A DNA stretch of 55,723 nucleotides. Origin: an uncultured virus (IMG/VR IMGVR_UViG_3300042868_007713) (lineage: Duplodnaviria > Heunggongvirae > Uroviricota > Caudoviricetes). A program made the translations under genes and the position numbers. The notes below the pieces were generated by a model. That model searched no databases. It saw only the letters and a program-made list of their open reading frames with translations, and was not told the DNA's origin. Every line of letters begins with the position of its first letter. The stretch's first letter is position 1. The stretch lies in the IMG/VR virus record IMGVR_UViG_3300042868_007713. One strand, given 5' to 3'. This document shows positions 1 to 11,200 of the stretch, piece by piece.

Positions 1-1
1 A

Positions 2-1051
2 CTTACTGAAAGATTAAATCCTGAAATAGGTAAAGGTGGTTTAGAAAATAGACATGGTATGTTTGGTATCATACGTAATAATTTTATAGAAATTGCTAAA
101 GGTTATAAAATAGATGCTAATAAAATAGCTCCTATTAAATCATTTAATGATGATAATATTTCTCAATATGAAGGATATTCTATAATGTTAATTCCTACTC
201 CAACAGGTCAGTTTTTCCCTACTTTTATTAAGCTACCTAATGTTGCTAGAGAACAATCTGAATTTATATTAAAAGCTTGGAAAGCATTTACAAATAAAGA
301 AACAAACCCTGATTTAATAAAAGAAGTATATGAAGCAGTTGGTACTGATTATGTAAAAGGTGCTTCTGTATCAATAAATGTTTTAAAAAGTTATATTGAT
401 CATTATATTACTAACTTAAATAGCAAATCATTATCTCAAATAGGAAATGGTATAGATGCTCCAGATAATACATCTAGAATTGATATATTTAATGATGGTA
501 ATATTAAACTTCAAGGTAAATTAAATGGTAAATGGATAGATATAACTATTAGAAAAGAAGATGATATACCTTTAAACATATTGGATTATATGGATAATCT
601 TATAACTACTGTTAGATTTACTAATGCTAAAAATAAATCTTTATCAGGTATTAACTCAACAAATAAAATAACTGTATTTGGTGTAAAAGATAATAAACTT
701 TATAGTAAAAAAATGACTTATAATCAGTATATTATGGAAGGGGCTAAAACTTATCTTGAAAAAGGAATAGAATCTAAAAATGAAAATAATGATTGGGTGT
801 ATTTTGCAAATCCAGTAATTAAATTTGAATATGCTGAACCATTAAGTACTTCATTTGAAGATATAATAGAAAATAAGGAAACTGAAGTTTCTTTAGCAGA
901 AGTTAATATTCCTGAAGAAGAAAAAGATTTAGGTGCTTTGCTTTTAGCAGCTTTAAAAGCAGAAGACCTTGTTGATAACAATATAGAAGAACAAAAAAAG
1001 AAATGTGCAGGTGGTACATCTTTAGCAGATGAATTAAATCAATTTATTTAA
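2..1051 (+). CDS. C-terminal part of a large virion cargo/ejection protein (5' truncated by the window edge)
   Basis: The frame is open from base 2 (LTERLNPEIGKGGLENRHGM...), so the ATG at 59 is probably internal. It lies directly upstream of the giant RNAP gene, as in crAss-like cargo blocks. Confidence 0.65.
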   Translation, partial: LTERLNPEIGKGGLENRHGMFGIIRNNFIEIAKGYKIDANKIAPIKSFNDDNISQYEGYSIMLIPTPTGQFFPTFIKLPNVAREQSEFILKAWKAFTNKETNPDLIKEVYEAVGTDYVKGASVSINVLKSYIDHYITNLNSKSLSQIGNGIDAPDNTSRIDIFNDGNIKLQGKLNGKWIDITIRKEDDIPLNILDYMDNLITTVRFTNAKNKSLSGINSTNKITVFGVKDNKLYSKKMTYNQYIMEGAKTYLEKGIESKNENNDWVYFANPVIKFEYAEPLSTSFEDIIENKETEVSLAEVNIPEEEKDLGALLLAALKAEDLVDNNIEEQKKKCAGGTSLADELNQFI

Positions 1052-1061
1052 AATTAATAAT

Positions 1062-2273
1062 ATGCGTTGTCCAAATATAAATAGTCCGGAATGGAAATCT
1101 TTAGTAAATAAAATTGGTGAAAATAATGCTTGGAAAGAATTCCTTGCTAATAATGATATACCATCTGCTGATAATTATGATGTTATAGATACTATTAATA
1201 ATAAATCAGATATTGATAAAGAATTTATTATAAATATAAATTCTAATTTAAAAGATTTTATTCAAAATGATAAAGAGCTAACTAAAGATACTTTAGAATT
1301 TATTTATAATAATTTAGATAATGATATAAAAGAATTATTAGCAGATGAAAAAATAGATTTCATTAATGATTTTAATAGTTTAAATAAAAAAACATCTCTT
1401 TATGAAAAGATAATAAAGTTTATTAAAAATTTATTTTTTAAAACTTCTTTAGAAAGATTATATAGTGATTTAAAAAAAGATAAAACATTAAGTTATTTAA
1501 CTGACAATGCTAATTTTACTTTATTTGGAATAACAGAAAATCAAAAATTAAATAAGACTATTATAAACAATGTATTAAATTATACAATAAGTCCTATTAA
1601 TTATGATTATAAAAAAATTGTTAAGAAAGCAATAAATAATATTTTTAATAAACAAGACTATGCTTCTTTTAAAAAATTTTTAATAGATGAGTATAAAAAA
1701 GAAAATGATAATTTTTTAACTGAAAATATAAAATTACCATCTTGGGTTTTAGATATTACTGAAGAAGCATATAATAAACGTCATGATGCTTGGAGATTAT
1801 CTAATGGCCTACCTCAAAAACATAATACTTTTTATTATGTAGGTCAAAATGATAAAGGAGAAGATGTTTATAATTTTATAAACCCTTTATTTAGAGAAAG
1901 TTCATTAGAAAAAGGTATTGATAAATACAATTTTGTAATGGGTAAATATGGAGTTAGAAAAGGTAAAGATGATACTGGTTTTTATATAGAATATTTTGAT
2001 AGATGGGATTTAGATATTTCTCATAAATTAATAAAATATATAATAGATAAAACACAAAAACCTTTTAATGTAGAAGGTAAATTGTATAATGCTACAATGA
2101 TGAATGATGATCAAACATTTACTAACTATTTAACCTTTGATAAAAATAATCCTGATATTAAAACATTTAATGATTTTTCTGAATCTATTGACGAATTAAA
2201 TTTCATTAATGAAGAACCTTTTGATTTTAAATTAAATACTAACCTTAAGCAAGAAGATATTTCTTGTGAATAA
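1062..2273 (+). CDS. Hypothetical protein, probable small virion cargo protein (403 aa)
   Basis: Long ORF inside the cargo block; starts MRCPNINSPEWK and ends DISCE, the same terminal-Cys pattern as its neighbours. Confidence 0.6.
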   Translation: MRCPNINSPEWKSLVNKIGENNAWKEFLANNDIPSADNYDVIDTINNKSDIDKEFIININSNLKDFIQNDKELTKDTLEFIYNNLDNDIKELLADEKIDFINDFNSLNKKTSLYEKIIKFIKNLFFKTSLERLYSDLKKDKTLSYLTDNANFTLFGITENQKLNKTIINNVLNYTISPINYDYKKIVKKAINNIFNKQDYASFKKFLIDEYKKENDNFLTENIKLPSWVLDITEEAYNKRHDAWRLSNGLPQKHNTFYYVGQNDKGEDVYNFINPLFRESSLEKGIDKYNFVMGKYGVRKGKDDTGFYIEYFDRWDLDISHKLIKYIIDKTQKPFNVEGKLYNATMMNDDQTFTNYLTFDKNNPDIKTFNDFSESIDELNFINEEPFDFKLNTNLKQEDISCE

Positions 2274-2287
2274 AAATAAATAATAAT

Positions 2288-5200
2288 ATGTCTTGTAGAA
2301 TAGGAATAAATAATCTTGTAAAAAGTGTAATAAAAGATAAACCTTGGTTTTATTTTAATGAAAGAGAAAATTATGTAGAAATATTAGATAGTCCTACTAA
2401 TAGAATTAGTAGATATACTGCTTTTGGTGTAGCTAAATCATTAGCTAAAGATTTAAATAAGGTTATTAATAATGGTTATAAACAAATAGGAGATGTTTTT
2501 TATCCTAATTACATGAACCGAAAAAGAATTGTAGAAATTAATCCTTCTAAAAAACAATTAGATTTAATAAAAGCAACTGATGAAAAAGAAGTGCTTGAAA
2601 TAGAAGCAGAAATAAAAAAAGAACAGTTACAAAAAGAGTTTGATTTTTTAAATAATGAAGCTAATATAAGTATTAATTATGAAGGTGATGTAATTCCAAA
2701 TATTGATAATACAGTAGATGATAAAAAGAATATTACAAAACAAAAAAATATACTGTATTCTATAAGAACAAAATCTGTTGAAGAAATTGCTAAAGGGTTA
2801 AATACTGATTTAGTTAGATCTGAACAACAAATTAAATATTCTAGTTACATTAAAACCATGATCCTCACTTTTATGGGTGATATTGGACCAGGTAAAAAAT
2901 TAAAAATGTCTCCAGATGAAGCATTTCAAAAGTCTAAAGAAATGTTTATTAAAATTAATAATAATATTGCCACTGCACTTAACACACATATTAAATCAGA
3001 AGAAGATTTTTTAAAAGTTAAAGAAAGTACATCATATGAAGAAATAATAAAAATATTTCCTGTTTTAAAATATGCTAAAACTTATGAAGATTTACAAAAA
3101 GCAGCTAAAACTTATAGTGATGTTATTGCTAAATTTGATAGTTATGTAACTTTTGTTAAAATTGATTTAGCTCATAATGGAATAAGAATAGTAAAAAATA
3201 AAATAAAAAATGTTGATGTTGAAGAATTAGCTGTTAAAAATGAAGATGAAAGTAATGACAGTTCAGAAATTTCTCAAAATGAAATAGGTGAAAGATATGG
3301 AATGGATAATTTTCAAACTAATCCTAGAGATACAGCAAGTATAAGAGTTAAATCATTAATACAAACTATTGCTATTCCTGATGAATATGAATTTGGTGTA
3401 CCTATATATGCAAATCCAAATGATGTATTTGCTGATATATTAGAAATTGGTGCAGACATAGAATTAAGTGGATTTGATTCTGATAAAACAAAACTTACTG
3501 AATTTAAAAAACAATTATCTGATAGAGCACAAAGCAGAACCTATCTTAGTAATTTATTAAATAAAATAGAAAGCTTTGAAAAAAATAATGAATGGGAAAG
3601 AATTAATGATATACTTACAGTAGCTAGTAAAGCATATGCTATAGAAACTTTATTATTGTATAAAACTCGTAAAACTGGAAGTCAGATTAATGGTATATAT
3701 GATGCTAAAATAATTTCTACTAATAGAGATAGTATTGATTTACAAATATCAAAAGAATGGTTATTTAATCATTTACAATCTGATTTTTATACAAAAAATT
3801 CTCAAAAAGATTTATTCCCTAAACAATCTAAAATTGATTTATTAAATCAAATTATTGAAGAAGGTGCTAATAAAGAAAACAGTATTCAAGTTAAAAAGTT
3901 TCAAGAATTTTTTAATGTTTTAGGAATTGATTTTACTGAAAATGAAGTTAATATAATTTCTAAAAAATTACCTAAAGTTTTGAAAAAAGCAACATTTAAT
4001 GCATTTTTTCAAAAAAATAATTTATTAAAAAATATAGTTGAATCTTTTGAGTTAAATATTAAACAACCTTTTGAAGGACAGTACGGATTTAAAAATGAAA
4101 GTACATCTATGAAGGAGCTTGCTAAAATATATTATGAACTAAATCCTGGTAGATATAAAATTGCATCAACTAAAACAGCTGATAACAAAAGTAAATATGC
4201 TTATATATTACCAACTTATTTAGAACAAGTAAAAAGGGAATGGGATAATGGTAATACTTCTTCTGTTATGAATGGTGTTTTATCTAAGCCTAATTCTCAA
4301 GATCAAGAATCTTTTTGGAATAAAGTTCTTAGAAATCAAGCTAAATTTAAAATTGATTATTTTAATGGTATAAGAGAACAAAAAGCAGGTGAAAATGGAA
4401 AAGTAAGAAAATTCTTAACACCTAAAGAACAAATTGCTACTATGTTTTTATTACACCAACAAAATTTAAATGTTGGTAGTTATATTGCTTTTACACTTTC
4501 TGATAAAACAGCAAATATGGAAACTGTTATGACAAAAGAATTTTTTGTCAATACAAGTAACAGTGCTGTTGGAGTAAATATTGATTATGCTTTAGCAGAT
4601 AATAAAATAGTTTATACAAATGCATTAAAAAACAAAATATACAATTCTTTTGTTGAACCAGAAATATCAAGAATATTAGCATCTATTAAAAATAAAGAAT
4701 CTGTTAATATTGAAAATTATGACATTGCTTCTAAACTATTTTATTTTTTACCTAACTTAAATAGAAATAGTAATTTAGTTAATTTTAGAAATGATTTATA
4801 CAGTGGGTCATTTACTATAGAAGAACTATCAACTAAATATAGTGATATTGTAGGGCAAGCTGTATTAAATGAAATACAAACAGATACAGAATTAGAAATA
4901 GATAAACTTATTTCTATAGGTGTAATTAATGTAGATAAAAATAATAATTATACATATCCTTTATTTATAAATGGTAACAGTGAATCTGATTATGTTAATG
5001 CTTTTAGAAAAACTAATGCTACTGGTAGAAACATGGCTAGATTAATGGTTATGGATATGAAACTTAACTATTTAAATTCTCAAATAAAAACTATTCAGTA
5101 TTTAAAATTTGATCCTGCTCTTGCATTTAAAACATCTATTGATGTAAAAGATAAAACAATATCTAATATTGCAGATGAAGATAAAGTAACTATTGCAAAT

Positions 5201-8200
5201 ACTACATGGGATGAATTTTCAAAAAGAGCTGCTGCACTTGTAGCACCTGGGTCACAAGGTAGTTGGTCATGGAATATTGGTGAAGATCTTTATAAAGAAG
5301 CAAGTGAAGATTATATTACTGTTACTGCAAAAGATGTTAAAGTAGAAGTAAAAAATGCAGATGGTACTTTGCTTAATAAAAGTGAAATTACAGATGCTGA
5401 AGAATTTGTTACCATGCAAGAACATATAGATTACCTTATGAGCCAAGGTAAAATACCTTATGAAACATGGTTATCTATTTATAATAAAATTAAAAAAGCA
5501 GGTCCTGGTGGATATTACAAATTGACATCAGAAGAATTAACTTTAACTATATCACCTACAAAACCTGTATATGTAAATTATACTAAAGTAGGAGATGAAG
5601 AGTTAGGATTAAACAGAATTGATTATGTTAAATCATCTAGATACCCATTAATTCCACAACAAGAAGCTGGTAGTGAAAGGGATAAGCTTAGAGTTTGGAT
5701 GGAAAAAAATAATGTAAGATCTGTTAATTTTGCTTCTGCTAAAAAATTAGGAAGACCTACAAAATCTTTAGAATTATTTGATAAAGATAATAATTTTGTT
5801 GAACCTTCTGATGATGATTTTAAATCATCAATGCAATTATTAAGCAGAGATGGTATAAGAAATCAACAAGAAATTCCTGAACAAAAAGATAAAGTGTCTA
5901 CAGTAACCCAAATGAACCGTACAATATTTGATGGTTTATTAGGAGTTAAGAATTTTAACTTTGGAAACATGAAAAATGTTACTGGTTCTAAAGGTAAAGA
6001 ACTTAAAGAAGCTGTTAGAGCAAGATTATTTGAAATTGAATCAGAAAATTTAAAAGAAAAAATAGGTAATCTTAATGTAAGTCATGAAAAATTATATGAA
6101 CTTTTAAAAGATATTATTGAAAATGATACAACAGGTTCTTATACACAAAATGATTTGTTAGCTTTAGAAATAGATCCTCAAACTAAAAAGTTTAAAATAC
6201 CTTTAGAAGCACAATATAAATTAAAGAAATTTCAAAGTCTTATTAATAGTCTTATTGATAAAAATGTAATGCTTAAAGTTGATGGTAGTTCTTTTGTTCA
6301 AGTAAGTGGTGTAGGTAATAAATATACATTTAGTAATATAAGTAAAGGTATTAAATCAGATATTATCTGGATTGATAAATATGCTGATGATTTTGCTAAA
6401 GATGGTGCAACACTTAAATATATTAGACAAGAAGATAATAAAACTAAAGCTGCACAAGTAATTGTATCACAATATTTAAGAGATGATGAAGGTAATTTAA
6501 TAGACTTAACTGATTATATTACAGAAGATGATTTTGGTCGTAATATATTAGATACATCTAAAATGGATGAAAAAATGTTTCAATTAGTTGGAACACGTAT
6601 TCCTAATCAATCTCATCCATCAACCCTTCCAATTGAAGTGGTAGGATTTTTACCATCATATATGGAAAATTCTATTATTGTTCCAGACGGTATTACAGGA
6701 CAAATGGGTTCTGACTTTGATGTGGATAAACTTTATGCTTATTTTAGTAAATTTAAATACACTAAAAAATCTACAATTGAAAGACTTGGTGCAGATGAAA
6801 ATGAATTTGAAGAATTAGTTAAAGCTGGTAAAAAAATTGCTAAAAAAGCTGGAGAAAAAGCAGATAGAAAAGGAAGATATAATAATTTTAATAAATATCT
6901 TACACAAGCAGTTAAAGAAAAATATGGTGATAAAGAAGTTCCTAAATTTAAAATTGAAACACCGGCTTCTATTAAACAAATAACATATGAGTTAAATTCA
7001 ATAAATGATGTAAAAAATTTAGATAAAGATCAGCTTAACCAATTATATAGAGATATTCATTGGGAAGTATTAATGAATTCTGCTACTTTTGATAAAATAA
7101 CTAAGGCTGTAGATATGCCTGAAGTTAAAGAAAAAGTAAATTTAAGAAATGAACAATTAAAAAAATATAATTTAATCAGTGATGTAAAAGTAAATCTTCC
7201 TTTAGATTATATGACATCTATCACTAGATATATTGATAACAGATCTGGTAAAACAGGTGTTAGTATATTTGCTACATTAATTTCTGCACAAGCTGATTTT
7301 CAAGATAAAGTTATACAATTAAAAAGAGATGAGGAAACAAATACTCCAAATCCTATTGAAATAAAACTTTCAAAAAATAGTGAAACAATATATCTTGAAT
7401 TTATTGGTAAATTAGGAGAATCAACATCTTTTTTAAATGAAAAAAGAAGTATTTCTGAAAACTTAAATATGATGTTTTCTGAATCTGTTGATAATGCTAA
7501 AAATCAATTTTTAAAAGAATTTAACTGGACAGAAAAAGCTATGTCACCTATTGGTGTATTAGCAATGCTTACAGATAATAAAGGTAATGCTGCTCCAATT
7601 GATTTTATGATGGATCTTACTTCACAATCAAGTATTATTACTTTATTTGAAATGATTGAACAAAAGCAAGATTCATTTGGTCAATATGATGTTGATGCTT
7701 TAAGTAAATCAATAGTTGAGTTACAAAATAAAATTATTAAAAAAATAGATTTAAAAGGTTATTTACCTGGAGATCAAACAGCTGAATCTTATTTTAATAG
7801 AAAAAATCAAAATAGAAATAGTATATTAGATGCTGAAACTTTATCAGAAACATGGATGATAGGTAAAGCAATTCAACAAAAAGCAAGTAATGAAACTTTA
7901 GAAAAAATAGCAAAAGATTTAAAATATGGTTCTGTAAATGAAATGATGTTAACTTATTATAATGTACAATTTAATGCATTAGATATGTTTGCAAGACTTG
8001 AAAATACAGGTAGAGAATTAATGACTATATTAGGTGCTGTATATCCATATACTAAAGGTATTGGTTCTAATGTATTTTCTACTAAACAAAAATTAAATCA
8101 ACTTAATAAATTATCAAGTTCATTAGTTTTTGATAACTTAGATAATATAGCAGGAGAAGTTAATAAATTAAGCAATGGAGATATACAAATAATGCCTATT

Positions 8201-11200
8201 GGTGAAATTGGTTCTGCTATTGAAAATTCTTTAATTTTTGCACAAAACAATATATATAAAAGTTTATTTCCAATAAGTTCTGGTAATGAATTAGAATCTA
8301 CTGTAGATATAATTCTTGACTTTTTGGGGTTAGATAAATTAAATTTATCTAAAGATAAATATCAAAGTATTTATAATACAGTATTTGAATCTATTATATC
8401 TTATATATATACTAACCCATCATTTGAATTATTTGAAGATGTTGTTGCAGAAAGAAATAAATTAATTAATGGTACAACATCAATAGGATATAGAATTGGT
8501 GAACTTAATAAAAATCCTGAATTTGCTAAAAACGGATTTTTAAAAAATATTGAAGTAGATAAAGATTATAAAACAAATACTTACAGCATATCATTTAAAA
8601 ATCCTTTTGGAACAGAATCAGATGATAAAGAAGTAACATTAGGTTTTTATAATTTAGCATTAAATGAAAATAATGATATTAAACAATTAGCAAAAGATTT
8701 AGCATTATATCCTTTTGCTACAGGAGATGCAGGAAACTTAGGAAGATTTATTCCTGTAACTTATCTTAATAGTGATGCTGATTTTAATAAAGCAATGAGT
8801 AATTTTGAAAATGCTTTTGTTAAACATTTAATTAATCCAAAATCACAAGATATATTAATTGATCAAATTGTTCAAAACAATCCTGAAATATTTAGTAAAT
8901 CTTTTTCATTTACTACTACTAAAACTTCATATACTGATTACCAAAGTCCTTTTAAAACAGCATTGAAAAAAAATATTAATGTTGATAGATTAAAAGATGT
9001 TAATAAATTTACTTTTAAAATAGGAGATTTTCCTAATGATGATAAACATAAAGGAATTATACAATCACTTAAAATTCCATTAACTGATAATGAACAACAA
9101 GCAATTAGCAAAATACCTTCTTTAGCAATTTTAAAAATTGATTTTAAATATCCTCAATATATTTTAATTGAAGATGAAATTAAATCTGATATAGATTTTA
9201 TATACAATGAAAAAGTTTCTTATTTATATAAACGTACATCTCCTATTGTAACTGAAAATGGAGATGCTACATATGAAAGAATTGAAATATTAGGATATAA
9301 AAACATTTCTGAATTTGATTTTAATAATCCAAATTTAGTTTCTGCAATAGAAATGAATAATGTTAGTAGAGATGAAAATGAATTAAATTCTCAAGAAGGT
9401 ATATTACAAGAAGAAGTTGTTAAACCTGCAATGCTTGCACCTACTACATCTGCACAAGAAAGTACATCTAATTTTGTTGTTAAAAATAATATTTTAGAAA
9501 TTTTAAATAAATCTAAATATTCATTTTTAGCATCATTATTAAAAGAAAACAATACTACATTAAATTGGACTAAAGATAATAATGTTGCAGGTACTTATTA
9601 TTTAGGAAAAAATAAAATAGAAATTGGAGAACATATTAAATTTTCTGATAATTTAGAAGAAGTAATAGCTCATGAAGCTATTCATGCTATAATTGATTGG
9701 GAAACAACAGGTACAGAAAAAAGAAAAGAAATGGAGGAAAAAATTGCTCCGTTTATTAAAGAAATAAAAGAATATTTTTTTAATTCTAAAGAAGGACAAA
9801 ATGAATATATTAAAAACATATTAACAACATTCAATCAATCTTTAATTAATAAAAATGGAACATTTGAAGAAGTTATAACTTATGCTTTTACTGATAAAAT
9901 TTTTGCAGAATGGTTAAATTCCATACCATCTAAAGGTGTTAAAAATAAATCAAAAACATTATGGGGAAAACTTAAAGATATAATACTTGAAATATTAAGT
10001 TCTGTTACAGAAAAAACAAAATTGGATGAGTTAAATGATATATTAGATTTTATTTTTAAAGAAGAAGTAAAACCAGGTGTAGAAACAACAGAACCTGTAA
10101 AAACATATCAAGGTAAAATTGAATCATTGCAACCTAATCAAATATTTGTATTTGGTTCTAATCCACAAGGAAGACATGGTGCCGGTGCTGCTCAACAAGC
10201 TAAAAATAAATTTGGTGCAGTACAACTTGTAGGAAGAGGATTAAAAAATCAAACATATGCTTTAGTTACAAAAAATCTTACAGCAGGATTTGTAGAAAAA
10301 GAAACAGGTATTAAATATGAAAAAGCTGGAGAAAAAAGTTTAACACCAGAACAAATTGAAAGTAATATTAAAGAGCTGTATAATGTTGCTTTACAAAATC
10401 CTGATAAAGAATTTTTAGTAGCATATAGTGTAGATGATAAGAAAAATCTTAACGGTTATACAGATCAGGATATGGCTAATATGTTTAGTGCATTTCCTAT
10501 TCCTAATAACATGGTGTTTGAAGAAGGATTTAGTAAATTATTGCAAGCTGAATCTATTATTTATAAAAATGGTAAAAATTATTTAGCCGTTAATGGTAAA
10601 ATTGTAGGTGTACAAGAAATAGATGAAAATGGTAATACTTATATATCACCAAATGTAGAAGAATCAATAGAACAACCAGAAATTAAAGTAAGTACTGTTG
10701 ATTATAAAGGTAAAACATTTATTATAGAAGGTAGTGAAGAAGAAGGTGATTTAAAAATATTTTATCAAGCTCAAGGTGGTAAAGGTGAAGAAGTTAAAGA
10801 TGTTAATTTATTTAATAAAGTATTTGTAGCTCATACAGCTGATATTCATCCAGAATGGGTTGTTACATTAACAGGTATACAAAACCAACCTAAATATTTA
10901 GTAGGAAATAATAGTGAGGTTATTTCATTACAAAATACAGATTATGGTAAAGTAATACAATCTAAAGATGTTATTCAAAAAGTAATGTCATTATATTATG
11001 ATAAATCTCAAATAGAAAATTTAAAAATAAAACCTGAAGAAATTTCAATGTCTACAGAAAATGTTTTTGATATAACTAAAGAAGATTTACCTGTAGAACA
11101 AAAACCTGTTAAAAAAGAAAAAAGAATAAATGTTCCTAAAGGATCTAATCCTAATAACAATGTTATTATGGAAACAGAAGATACTGTATTTTTAATGAAT

